Of a stretch of 38,597 bases of DNA, positions 1-9,543 are shown one piece after another (the first letter of the stretch is position 1; every line of letters begins with the position of its first letter). This DNA comes from a bacterium. Lineage in GTDB: Bacteria > UBA6262 > WVXT01. The notes under the pieces were generated by a model that was not told the origin of the DNA, made no database searches, and saw only the letters and a list, made by a program, of their open reading frames with translations. The stretch is from contig JBHIBS010000016.1 of assembly GCA_046759165.1 (NCBI GenBank), positions 1 to 38,597 on the forward strand, written 5' to 3'. Made by a program: the position numbers and the translations under genes.

Positions 1-156
1 CTGCTGAAAGGAGAGAAAGTTACTTGCCTTTTTCATTCATTTTGCGAAAGAACCCGCTTCGCTTCACTCGGTGACCTGCCTGCTCACCAACTCGCAGGCG
101 TCGCTGACCCGTTCCTCCTTATTCGTCGGAACAGCAACCCTCCTTCCTTTTACTAA

Positions 157-3100
157 TTATACCAAGGGTTCCATCTCTAAAGCCGGATGCTTCACCTTCT
201 GCAAAAATGAGAAAAGTTCCTCCGTTGTGGTAGCCACTTCCTCATCACCAATCTTATCTATCAGGTCAGGAACTCCTTCCTCTTCGCACCTCTTCTTAAA
301 TTTCTCTCCCAGCGCTTCTTTGAGCCCTTTTGTCATCCAGACTATGCGCCTTATCCCCCCGTCGGCAGAAATAAACTTTCTGCTCACGATATACAGCCTC
401 CCAATACCCATAAAGCCTGGAGTCTGCGTTCCTCCACCGACGGAACCAGCCAGGGTGCTAAAAGTCATGCCTATTGGAGTCATACCAGCAAATTCCCTAT
501 TTACGATCATAAAACCATTCATCTCAGGAAGTATAGCAATGATGCACTCAAAACAACCACAATTTTTAATCAATATAGCGTTGGCGAAATAGCAATGCTC
601 ATCTGAGGTAGTTAAATTGTAAACATATTTGTACTGGTTTTTGTTCTGAATCTTTTCGACTTTGGTTACAATGTCTAAGAAATAGTCAGTTTCCATTAAA
701 GTTTTAAACATATCTTGCTTCTCTTGAGGTAATGCATCTATGACTTTCGCTACATTTGCCATAACAGGTCTCGACCTTGCTGTTTCGTAGTAGAAATGAG
801 TTGTAGGACTTAATATCTTTCTACTTTCAGGAAGTTCAGCTATAGCCTTTCCAAACGAAAAAGGCAAAACCTGTTCCTGAGACTTGTTAATCTTATTCTC
901 AGATGATAGGAATCTGATATCCTCCAAAATCTCTCTCTTTCTTGGATGCTTAACAGGGATCTGCTCGGCAAACTTAACTAAGTTAGTTCCGTGTAGTTCA
1001 ATCTTATAGACCGATCCTGCCTTCCGGAGATTGCCAATAACCCCTAATCTTTTTAAGAGTAATTGAAGGTGGAATGCAGCTCTTTTTTCTTCTATGCAAA
1101 GATAGGCCTCGCCAATATCCCATTTGTTTCTGTATTTTCTTAACCTTACACTTCCATCACCATCGAAAATACCGGCTAAATAGGAGACAATAAAATTTTG
1201 AGGAAGACTAAGCAACTTGGATAGATTCCACTTACCCTTAGCACCAACTTTTATTCCAAAGTAATTGAGAATAACTCCTAACAGTGGATTATTAGTGTGG
1301 CATAAGAAACATGTCTTAGTAGAATTAATTTTTCTTCCCCTAATTTCCCCTTTACTTTTACCTTTAAGTCTAACGTTTATTGACTTCTCGGGAAAGATTT
1401 GCCGATAAGTATTTGTGTATACAGAAATTAGCTCTTCATTTGTATTTATAAAGTCAATCCAGTATTCATACTTACCCCAGCGAGAAATTGAACCGTCAGA
1501 GGTGATTAGACCTGCCAGGTAGAATAGTTCGGGACTCAGAGCTTCAGGGAGATTGACTACAGAAGCAGCACGAGCAATTTTTCTAACCGACTTTTTAACC
1601 TCCTCCCAATCCTCACCTAAATCCTCTACAATAAGCTTAAGAGATTTTAAAGTAAAGCCTTTTAATCTTGGATTATATCTTCCCCAATTCAATTTTTTCC
1701 AGGCTGAAGACAGCGAGCCGTATTTTGCCTTTAATTTATGCTTGATTAAAGTTATCAGCGCTTCGTCCCTCACCCAAAAATCGTCAGGAATGAGGTTGAT
1801 AATCTCTGGGGTTTGGCTGGGTAATTCTAATTTTCTAAATGATATCGTCCTATCCCCGGGCACAACTTTCTCACTCATAACCCAACTCAAACCTTCTGAC
1901 CTATCTATGGCAATTTTGTGCTCCCTGGTCAAAATAATCTCTGCACCTGATTTGGTAGTCAGTTTTATTAAATTTTTTGGGGCAGGAAATTTCTGTATTG
2001 CTACTATTTTCTCTGGCACAGTCTTGCCATTCCTCAAAGTCAAAACTGAGGATTTGGTATATTCTTCTCTTCCTTGATGTTTATTTATAAACTCACCGAC
2101 TTTAACCACTTGTCTATCAATAATTACTTCTGTATTTCCAACACAACAACTCGTCTCTGGAAATGTGATTATAGAATATCCGTGAAATCTTTCCAGGGTC
2201 TTATTTGACTTTTGATAGATGAAATCGTTCACTCCTTTCCACTCACCCCTCACTGGGTCAAGACATTCTCCTTTCTTAACCGGCTGATTCGGTCCTGTGG
2301 GATTCAGCTCATAACATGCGCGAGCATCCAGCCAGGTATAAGCGCCACATAAGCCCAATCTTTCCGGCTTAACTATGCAAACATGATTCGGAGCGAACGA
2401 TTGGCAGAGACTGCAAGAGTAGAGCGTATCCACGCTCTCATCGGTCATTCCTGCCATACGCTCATCACGTTCCTCATAAACTTTTTTGGCCTGGGAAATG
2501 TATTTTTCCACATCTTCCTGTCGAGTGTAAATGGTAACCTGAGCCTTATCCACTATTGCCCCGAAGGTGTCGTGAAGGCGAGCGTGAATAATTACGCCAA
2601 AATGGTGAATCTTAAAACCCTTCTTCTTCGCGTCTTTACTAATCCTTAACCAATTAAGGTCTCTTTGACCCATGTGGAATATCCCCATAGCCTCGTTCAA
2701 AAACGTATGAATCTGCCGTTCTAATATAGGCTCAAAATCCTTCTGCATCTTTCTGCCAGCTACCTCCACATAAATTCCCAAAGGCATAGCGCTGCCTTCC
2801 TGAGCTTTATCTATTTCCGGGCCAATTAATTCTATCTTTCCATCTTCCACTTTATCCAAGTCTCTCGTAGTAACGTACTCAAAAGCTTTGGAATATTTCC
2901 CTCCAAACTGGACATACATCTGTTCTTTTCTCACGGTTTCCCCTTCAAAGGCAGCAGAATAGGCAACGGGAATAGGAATTTCCGTTACCCTCACCTTAAC
3001 GCCACGCACCTGAATAGAAGTAGGAATCAGTTTCTTATGATCGAGTTCTTTCACTAAATGTTCATAGGTGCAGATACCACTAGGCCTTATTTCAGGGATA

Positions 3101-3921
3101 TCGGTATCTGCGATTACAGGAAAACCCATGTTCATAGCTCCTGCGCCAGTAGCATACTTCACATCATCCAGTTCGCCTAAAGTCAAACCAAAGGCGAATA
3201 CTCTATTCTGACAATATTTGAGACACTTCAGCGCCTCTCCCTTCTTATGGCCACCAAAGGTAAGAGCCGCTCTGATAGCCCAGTTGAGCGGATAGATTCC
3301 AGTTATAGTATCGCGTCCGTAAGGAACTATATATGTCTCCCAACCCATCTGGACATTTTCTTCTTTAAGTTGGTCGATTATACTCCTACCATTATGATTA
3401 GAACCAACAAAACATATAATATTTCTCTTCTGAAGTTCTCTGACTATCTCCACCGCCATTTTGTTATCCGGAGCCGCACCTAATATGGCAGCAAAACCGG
3501 GCATCCTGCCATCTACCAGTTGTATCCCATAACTTCTCATCCAGGTATCTGTATAGAAACCCACACAATCGGGTTGGGGTTCTTTGCCATACAGATATCT
3601 CAGGGCAACAATAATTTCTTCTCCAAAAAGGGTGGCTATTCCGGAATCGAGAGCGTCACCAAGATAAGGAAGCCAGAGAGATTTACTCGGCTCCTCTCTC
3701 AAAAGCGACTTTGCTTCTTTTAACACTGGTATCATATCCCCCAAAGTCCTGACTTCAATTCCCAAGAGAGCATAAGCCATAGGGAGAAAGAAACCTGTCT
3801 CGGGAAACTCAACTTTCTGGTCTTTTCCTTTCTCCTTTATAGCTCTATTTAGAAACTCTTCAGCTTCTCCAACAATTTTTCTCCCGCCCCTGATGGCTGC
3901 TCCTGCGACTATTTTCGACAT
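157..3921 (-). CDS. acsB: Acetyl-CoA synthase (bacterial-type ACS, A-cluster subunit), intein-containing precursor; about 725 aa after splicing
   Basis: Full bacterial N-terminal domain, LVDG..PG motif, A-cluster ligands CSLCQSFAPNHVC and GLCGA, and TS|CGCFE split by an insert; ends in ADGGI.RIVWM. 1254 aa minus 529 aa gives 725 aa, the normal AcsB size. Confidence 0.97.
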   Translation of the reverse strand: MSKIVAGAAIRGGRKIVGEAEEFLNRAIKEKGKDQKVEFPETGFFLPMAYALLGIEVRTLGDMIPVLKEAKSLLREEPSKSLWLPYLGDALDSGIATLFGEEIIVALRYLYGKEPQPDCVGFYTDTWMRSYGIQLVDGRMPGFAAILGAAPDNKMAVEIVRELQKRNIICFVGSNHNGRSIIDQLKEENVQMGWETYIVPYGRDTITGIYPLNWAIRAALTFGGHKKGEALKCLKYCQNRVFAFGLTLGELDDVKYATGAGAMNMGFPVIADTDIPEIRPSGICTYEHLVKELDHKKLIPTSIQVRGVKVRVTEIPIPVAYSAAFEGETVRKEQMYVQFGGKYSKAFEYVTTRDLDKVEDGKIELIGPEIDKAQEGSAMPLGIYVEVAGRKMQKDFEPILERQIHTFLNEAMGIFHMGQRDLNWLRISKDAKKKGFKIHHFGVIIHARLHDTFGAIVDKAQVTIYTRQEDVEKYISQAKKVYEERDERMAGMTDESVDTLYSCSLCQSFAPNHVCIVKPERLGLCGAYTWLDARACYELNPTGPNQPVKKGECLDPVRGEWKGVNDFIYQKSNKTLERFHGYSIITFPETSCCVGNTEVIIDRQVVKVGEFINKHQGREEYTKSSVLTLRNGKTVPEKIVAIQKFPAPKNLIKLTTKSGAEIILTREHKIAIDRSEGLSWVMSEKVVPGDRTISFRKLELPSQTPEIINLIPDDFWVRDEALITLIKHKLKAKYGSLSSAWKKLNWGRYNPRLKGFTLKSLKLIVEDLGEDWEEVKKSVRKIARAASVVNLPEALSPELFYLAGLITSDGSISRWGKYEYWIDFINTNEELISVYTNTYRQIFPEKSINVRLKGKSKGEIRGRKINSTKTCFLCHTNNPLLGVILNYFGIKVGAKGKWNLSKLLSLPQNFIVSYLAGIFDGDGSVRLRKYRNKWDIGEAYLCIEEKRAAFHLQLLLKRLGVIGNLRKAGSVYKIELHGTNLVKFAEQIPVKHPRKREILEDIRFLSSENKINKSQEQVLPFSFGKAIAELPESRKILSPTTHFYYETARSRPVMANVAKVIDALPQEKQDMFKTLMETDYFLDIVTKVEKIQNKNQYKYVYNLTTSDEHCYFANAILIKNCGCFECIIAILPEMNGFMIVNREFAGMTPIGMTFSTLAGSVGGGTQTPGFMGIGRLYIVSRKFISADGGIRRIVWMTKGLKEALGEKFKKRCEEEGVPDLIDKIGDEEVATTTEELFSFLQKVKHPALEMEPLV
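562..2148 (-). mobile_element. Intein with LAGLIDADG homing endonuclease (529 aa, precursor residues 592-1120) in acsB
   Basis: Block A CCVGNTEV, block B LTREHKI (TxxH), LAGLIDADG motifs YLAGLITSDGS and YLAGIFDGDGS, blocks F/G YVYNLTTSDEHCYFANAILIKN followed by +1 Cys. Removal restores FPETS-CGCFEC. Confidence 0.96.
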
Positions 3922-3958
3922 ACTGGCCCTCCATCACAAGAAAATTAACCTAATACTA

Positions 3959-4717
3959 TCAAATTATACCTGTTTTAATTTCACTTATTTTCCTACTCAA
4001 GTCTTTCCTTTTACAATCCATACAGATTTCGAAAATCTCTTCTGGCAATTCAATTTTTCCCTTTAATTGTTCCAGTTCCTTTTTAGGGGCAAAATATTTA
4101 CCACAAACTTTACAACTTTTAAGTTCCAATTCTGTGTGCCAGGTTTCCAAGATTCTTTTATCAAACATCTCTTTAATCTTAATTGCCCCCGTGGGACAAA
4201 CTGAACTGCAAGCCCCACAACCTATGCAGACATCAGATTGAGCTTGGAAAGGCGTCTCCACCTCTCTATTTGCCCCCCTATTTATGAATCCTATCACATT
4301 GGCTCCAATTATCTCTTGACAAACACGCACGCAAAGGCCACACAATATGCATTCCTCCTCTTCCTTTTTGAACCTTACCTCTTCAACTTCCACCTTCCTG
4401 GCTAAATCCTTTACTTTCTCTGCCTCTGGAGAGCGAGCCAGAAGAAGCTCAATAATCAACTTTCGACTCTCTACCACCCTCGGGGAACCAGTGTTCACCT
4501 CCATGCCCTCTTCTGCTAAACACGTACAGGAAGCTGTCAGTCCTGGCTTCATTCCTTTAACTACCTCTACTACACAGACCCTGCAAGCACCATAGGGGCT
4601 GACTCCTTCGTGATAACATAGAGTAGGAATTTCGATTCCCAGTTTCTTAGCCGCGTGGAGAACCGTTGCGCCCTTCTCCACTGTAACTTTCTTACCATCA
4701 ATACTTAGATTTAACAT
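3959..4717 (-). CDS. HydA/NuoG N-terminal-like iron-sulfur subunit ([2Fe-2S] plus 2x[4Fe-4S], C-terminal CxxC...CxxC), with no H-cluster or Mo/W domain
   Basis: IPTLC...GACRVC...ASC [2Fe-2S] motif; CILCGLCVRVC and CIGCGACSSVCP; CKVC and CMDC tail; only 252 aa. Confidence 0.88.
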   Translation of the reverse strand: MLNLSIDGKKVTVEKGATVLHAAKKLGIEIPTLCYHEGVSPYGACRVCVVEVVKGMKPGLTASCTCLAEEGMEVNTGSPRVVESRKLIIELLLARSPEAEKVKDLARKVEVEEVRFKKEEEECILCGLCVRVCQEIIGANVIGFINRGANREVETPFQAQSDVCIGCGACSSVCPTGAIKIKEMFDKRILETWHTELELKSCKVCGKYFAPKKELEQLKGKIELPEEIFEICMDCKRKDLSRKISEIKTGII

Positions 4718-4726
4718 TTATTTCTC

Positions 4727-6631
4727 TCAGTCTACCTCTACTGCATCAAAATTGCAAATTTCAAAACATATCCCGCACTTAATGCACCTGCTTTCACCTA
4801 TCGAATGCGGCTTCTTCTTCTCTCCAGAAATTGCCCCTTGAGGACATTCCTTCAGGCAGAGCCCGCAACCTGTGCACTTCTCTCTATTTATTGAGTAGTG
4901 AATTAAATCTGGACAGATATGAGCCGGGCATTTCTTATCCCTTATGTGAGTTTCGTACTCATTACGAAAATATCGCAGAGTAGTCAATACTGGATTGGGT
5001 GCTGTTCCTCCCAATGCACAAAGTGAAGCATCTTTAACTACTTTGGCCAGACTCTCCAGCAATTCTAAGTCACTCTCTTCCGCTTTGCCCTTACTTATAT
5101 CATCGAGAATCTCCAACATCCTCTTTATGCCTTCTCTACAAGGCGTACATTTTCCGCAGGATTCATCTTTTGTGAAATTAAGAAAATACTTAGCCACATT
5201 TACCATACAAGTATCTTCATCCATAACCACCATTCCACCCGAACCCATCATCGAACCCGCTTGAGTTAACTGTTCGTAATCGACCTCCAAGTCAAGCAAT
5301 TCTGAGGGAATACAACCACCTGAAGGACCTCCTGTCTGCACTGCCTTGAACTTCTTACCTTCAGGAATTCCTTCTCCAATATCATAAATCATCTCCCTCA
5401 ATTTAATCCCCATGGGAACTTCTACCAATCCTGTGTTATTAATCTTCCCTACCAAAGAGAAAACCATTGTGCCTTTACTTTTTAAAGTCCCCATCTTAGA
5501 ATACCAATTTGCTCCCCCGGCTATGATGACAGGAACATTTGCCCATGTCTTGACATTATTAATATTTGTCGGCTTATCCCATAGTCCTCTTTCTGCAGGG
5601 AAGGGTGGCCTTGGTCTGGGCTCACCTATTCTGCCCTCAATAGAAGCTAATAACGCGGTCTCTTCTCCGCAAACGAAAGCTCCTGCTCCCTGGCTTATCC
5701 TTACTTTGAAATCGAATCCAGAATTAAATATGTTTTCTCCCAGAAGACCATATTCTTCAGCCTGCTCAATTGCCCGCTCGACACTGTGATAAGCCAAGGG
5801 ATACTCGTTCCTCACATAAATATATCCATCATGGGAACCTATGGCATATGCTCCAATAACCATGCCTTCCAAAATGGTATGAGGATCTCCCTCAAGTATG
5901 CTCCTATCCATATATGCGCCAGGGTCGCCTTCATCAGCATTACAAATTATATATTTCGGATCTCCCGGGGCATCTCGACAGAATTTCCATTTAAGACCCG
6001 TAGGAAATCCTGCTCCCCCTCTGCCCCTTAAACCGGAGTTCTTTATCTCTTCAATTACTTGTTCTTCCTTGAAGCCGGAGAGAACTCTGGCTAGAGAGAA
6101 GTAACCACCTCGAGCTATATATTCTTCTATATTATCAGGGTTCATAAAACCACAGTTTCTCAAGGCAATCTTCTTTTGTTTCTTATAAAATGGGAGCTCT
6201 CGATATAATGGAATATCTTTTCCATCTTTTCCCGTAATAGAATATCCTTTTTTTATATTTTCTATTATGAACTCTTCTTCTTCCAGTCTACAAAGGGCCC
6301 ATTCTTTCCTCATTTTCCCTTGGGCAAGTCCGAGCACCAAATCCCTCGCCTTTTCAGGATCCATTTCAGAATAGATTATCCGCGATTTCCCGGGTTGCCA
6401 GACATCAACCAATGGTTCTTTCTGGCAAAATCCAAGACAGCCTGTCTTGCAAACTACGGCATCAATTCCTTGTTTTTCTATTTCCTCAATTATCGAATCA
6501 AATACTGCCCGGGCACCTGTGGCTATTCCGCAAGTTCCCAACCCCACATTTATTTTTGTCCTCTTGGGGTAAAGAGAGTCTAAACCCTTAGCTTTTAATC
6601 CTTCAAGGTCTTTCAGGTTTTTTATTTTCAT
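4727..6631 (-). CDS. HydB/NuoF-like FMN/NAD-binding subunit (electron-bifurcating-type architecture)
   Basis: GLRGRGGAGFPTG, NADEGDPGAYMDR, GAFVCGEET, GGPSGG, SCGKCTPCREG...LC; N-terminal thioredoxin-like Fe-S domain; C-terminal 2x[4Fe-4S]. Confidence 0.93.
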   Translation of the reverse strand: MKIKNLKDLEGLKAKGLDSLYPKRTKINVGLGTCGIATGARAVFDSIIEEIEKQGIDAVVCKTGCLGFCQKEPLVDVWQPGKSRIIYSEMDPEKARDLVLGLAQGKMRKEWALCRLEEEEFIIENIKKGYSITGKDGKDIPLYRELPFYKKQKKIALRNCGFMNPDNIEEYIARGGYFSLARVLSGFKEEQVIEEIKNSGLRGRGGAGFPTGLKWKFCRDAPGDPKYIICNADEGDPGAYMDRSILEGDPHTILEGMVIGAYAIGSHDGYIYVRNEYPLAYHSVERAIEQAEEYGLLGENIFNSGFDFKVRISQGAGAFVCGEETALLASIEGRIGEPRPRPPFPAERGLWDKPTNINNVKTWANVPVIIAGGANWYSKMGTLKSKGTMVFSLVGKINNTGLVEVPMGIKLREMIYDIGEGIPEGKKFKAVQTGGPSGGCIPSELLDLEVDYEQLTQAGSMMGSGGMVVMDEDTCMVNVAKYFLNFTKDESCGKCTPCREGIKRMLEILDDISKGKAEESDLELLESLAKVVKDASLCALGGTAPNPVLTTLRYFRNEYETHIRDKKCPAHICPDLIHYSINREKCTGCGLCLKECPQGAISGEKKKPHSIGESRCIKCGICFEICNFDAVEVD

Positions 6632-7095
6632 TTATATCTCTTTAATATTTCTGGCACTTTTTCTTGTTTTAATCGACCATACGCATCTTCGTCAGTTCTA
6701 ATTACAGGAGCCAAACTACAACATCCAATACAATGAACGGTCTCTAAAGAAAACTTCAAATCGCTGGTCGTCTCGCCAGCCTTTATCTCCAACTCTCTTT
6801 CCAGTTTTTCCAGAATCCTCCTTCCTCCCTTTACAAAGCAGGCAGTTCCCAGACAAACATTTATTAAGTGGCGTCCTCTCGGCTTCAGGCTAAAGGCAGT
6901 ATAGAAAGTAGCAATACCATAGACCCGAATTAAAGGAACATCCAGTTTTTTGGCTACCAGCTTCAAGGCATCTTCGGGCAAATAACCATATTCAAGATTT
7001 ATTTCCTGCAACACAGGAATCACTCCGCCCTTCTCCGGCCTATATTTGTTTATCCTTTTCTCTAAGTCTGTTCCTTTATTCTTCTCGTCAACCAT
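6628..7095 (-). CDS. HydC/NuoE-like [2Fe-2S] subunit
   Basis: YG+ATFY..F, VCLGTACFVKG and CIGCCSLAP motifs; 4-nt overlap with the next gene. Confidence 0.93.
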   Translation of the reverse strand: MVDEKNKGTDLEKRINKYRPEKGGVIPVLQEINLEYGYLPEDALKLVAKKLDVPLIRVYGIATFYTAFSLKPRGRHLINVCLGTACFVKGGRRILEKLERELEIKAGETTSDLKFSLETVHCIGCCSLAPVIRTDEDAYGRLKQEKVPEILKRYK

Positions 7096-7099
7096 CTTT

Positions 7100-7621
7100 T
7101 TATCCTTTGATTATCTTCCCGTCCTTTTTGAAGCCGACCAGAAATTCTGCTTTCTTTAATTTAGCTATCCCTTCTATAGAAAGAAGCTGTAAGGCCTTTG
7201 TAGGACACGATTTAACACAAGCAGGCTCCTCGCCTTTTTCCAATCTTTCCAGACAAAGGTCACACTTGATAATTACCTTTCCTTCCCGATTAACATTCAA
7301 AACTCCAAAAGGACAAACGAGAACACACCACTTGCAGCCGATACACAAATCTTCTTTAATAATGACTGGCTCCCCAGGCGCTAACTTCTCCAGCGCCTTT
7401 GTGGGACAAATTTTGATGCAGGGGGCATCCTCACAATGTCGGCATTGTAAAGGAACAGATAAGTCCCCGTAAGCTTCCACCTTCACCCGAGTCTGTGAAA
7501 GGGGTTCCTCTTTAATGGCTTTGAAAAGGGCTTTGGACTGCGAATGTTCTATAGCACATTGCAGTTCACAAGTCTTACAACCCAGGCACTTATCCAAATC
7601 AACATAAAGAATTGTTTTCAT
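7100..7621 (-). CDS. cooF: CooF-like 4x[4Fe-4S] electron-transfer protein
   Basis: CLGCKTCELQC, CRHCEDAPCIKICP, CIGCKWCVLVCP and KCDLC...CVKSCP motifs; directly after cooS. Confidence 0.88.
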   Translation of the reverse strand: MKTILYVDLDKCLGCKTCELQCAIEHSQSKALFKAIKEEPLSQTRVKVEAYGDLSVPLQCRHCEDAPCIKICPTKALEKLAPGEPVIIKEDLCIGCKWCVLVCPFGVLNVNREGKVIIKCDLCLERLEKGEEPACVKSCPTKALQLLSIEGIAKLKKAEFLVGFKKDGKIIKG

Positions 7622-9543
7622 ACCAGTACCTTCTCCTTAACTTCGTACATCACAGGCTTTAACTTTAAAACCTCCCTTTTCTTATTTATATGTCCAATCA
7701 TCAGGTGGGCAGCCTTGACGGGATCTGATTCAAAGGCGAAGTTTGCTCCCACAATCTCTTCCAATTTCCTGGTAAGTAACTCGGTTACCTCTTTGCTTCC
7801 CAAAATTGGAAAGGGATTCCCCAGCACAGTAAACACCCCAGAAGCCACAACATAGAATGCGATAGAAACTGCTTTCTCGCTCATCCATTCTGGAGCAGCC
7901 CCGGCAACAGGCAATTCGGATATATCATCACCCAAACCGCCTTCGGCAACAACATTACAAAGAGTAATTAGAATTCTGCTATTATCTACGCAAGAACCAA
8001 CATGGAGAACCGGTGGAACTCCCACTGTCTCGCATATTTCCTTGAGACCTTTTCCTGCATATTGAAAAGCAGCTTCTGGTTTCAAAAGTCCTGCCTTAGC
8101 GTCAGCAATAGCCGAGCAACCAGTGACCACCACCAGGACATCATTCTTAATTAACTCCTTAGCCATCTCCACATGACCCCAATCATGCTTTATCTTGGGA
8201 TTATTACAGCCAACAATACCTGCTGCGCCTCTTAATCTTCCACTGATTATACCATCGTTCAAGGGACGATAAGTTGCTCGATATTTTCCTCCCAGAAATT
8301 TAAACACGCTCTCCGCAGTAAATCCCGCCACCAAATCCATTTTCTCATCAGGTATATTAACTTTCTCTTTCACTCTACTCTCAAAATTCTCCACTGCCAT
8401 TCTTACAATCTTTTTAGCAATAGGCAGAGCTTCCTCTTCTTTAAACTCCACATGTTCTGCTCCTGGAAATTTTGCCTTAGGAGAAGTGGAGACAAGCTTT
8501 GTATGGAAACATTTAGCTACCGAGGAGAGAGCAGGCATTATACACTGAACATCCACCAGCATTAAATCGACCGCTCCCGTGGCGATTGCCAGCTCTTGCT
8601 GGAGAAAATTTCCTGCAATAGGAATGCCATGGCGCATCAAAATTTCATTAGCAGTGCAACAAATTCCAGCCAGGTTAATCCCTTTTGCTCCATTCTTTTT
8701 GGCAAGTTCGATGAGCTCTGGGTCCTGAGCAGCTGCCACAATAACATCTGAAAGCGTCGGTTCGTGACCATGGACTACCAAGTTGACTTCATCCTCTTTA
8801 AGTACACCTAAGTTTGCCATAGCGCGGATGGGCTTGGGGATTCCAAAAAGTACATCGGAAAGTTCTGTGGCAATCATAGAACCACCCCATCCGTCTCCTA
8901 AAGCAGTTCTCATACCATGGGTTATGAGATTTTCACAATCGTTATCCACACCAATGTGCGTGCGGTGCATCACTTCCACAATCTCCCTGTCGATTCCTCT
9001 AGGCATAATCCCCAGCTTCCGCCATAAAGCTTGTCTCTTCTCTGGAGCGCGGTGAGAAAATTGAAGCTCTCCGTGCTGTTGACCAAACTCAGAAAACACT
9101 TTTTCCGCTAACTCCAATGCAATCTCTTTCTTATCTCTCCCATTGCTTTTTATCCCCAACTCAGTGGCGAGGGAAAGCAATTTCTCTTCATCTTTAACCC
9201 CATAACCATTCGTCTTTCCCTGGGCAGTCAAGAGCAACGTATGGGCAATGTCCCGTCCATGGTCAGAATGGGCAGCAGCCCCGGCAGCAATCATACGGAT
9301 TAAATTTCTGGCTGCAATAATTTCTGCCGTAGCCCCACAAACTCCCTTTTGAGGACCCTCTCCAAAGGGGTCAATCCGGCAGGGCCCTAAAAAGCAGTTC
9401 CTGCAGCAAAGACCGAGTTCACCAAACCCACACTGCGGAAGCATCGCTTCATATCTATCCCAAGCAGTATCGAGTCCCTCTTTTTCGGCAATTTCCAATA
9501 GTTCCTGGCTCGCCTTATCTATGGACTTCTCTTCCTTTCTCAT
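7618..9543 (-). CDS. cooS: Anaerobic Ni-Fe carbon monoxide dehydrogenase catalytic subunit (CooS/AcsA)
   Basis: CGFG..GLCCRNC..GPC (D/B clusters), AAHSDH, HGHEP, GICCTANE, DVQC, GCNN, GCS, GSCVDN and EWMSEKA. Confidence 0.97.
   Translation of the reverse strand: MRKEEKSIDKASQELLEIAEKEGLDTAWDRYEAMLPQCGFGELGLCCRNCFLGPCRIDPFGEGPQKGVCGATAEIIAARNLIRMIAAGAAAHSDHGRDIAHTLLLTAQGKTNGYGVKDEEKLLSLATELGIKSNGRDKKEIALELAEKVFSEFGQQHGELQFSHRAPEKRQALWRKLGIMPRGIDREIVEVMHRTHIGVDNDCENLITHGMRTALGDGWGGSMIATELSDVLFGIPKPIRAMANLGVLKEDEVNLVVHGHEPTLSDVIVAAAQDPELIELAKKNGAKGINLAGICCTANEILMRHGIPIAGNFLQQELAIATGAVDLMLVDVQCIMPALSSVAKCFHTKLVSTSPKAKFPGAEHVEFKEEEALPIAKKIVRMAVENFESRVKEKVNIPDEKMDLVAGFTAESVFKFLGGKYRATYRPLNDGIISGRLRGAAGIVGCNNPKIKHDWGHVEMAKELIKNDVLVVVTGCSAIADAKAGLLKPEAAFQYAGKGLKEICETVGVPPVLHVGSCVDNSRILITLCNVVAEGGLGDDISELPVAGAAPEWMSEKAVSIAFYVVASGVFTVLGNPFPILGSKEVTELLTRKLEEIVGANFAFESDPVKAAHLMIGHINKKREVLKLKPVMYEVKEKVLV

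Noticed and set aside
1-36. Possible start of a downstream minus-strand gene (MKKASNFLSFQQ)
   Set aside because: Only 12 codons are visible with no clear RBS, so it cannot be assigned.
3959-7095. Calling the module an [FeFe]-hydrogenase or respiratory complex I
   Set aside because: There are no H-cluster motifs in the 252-aa subunit and no other nuo genes in the window.
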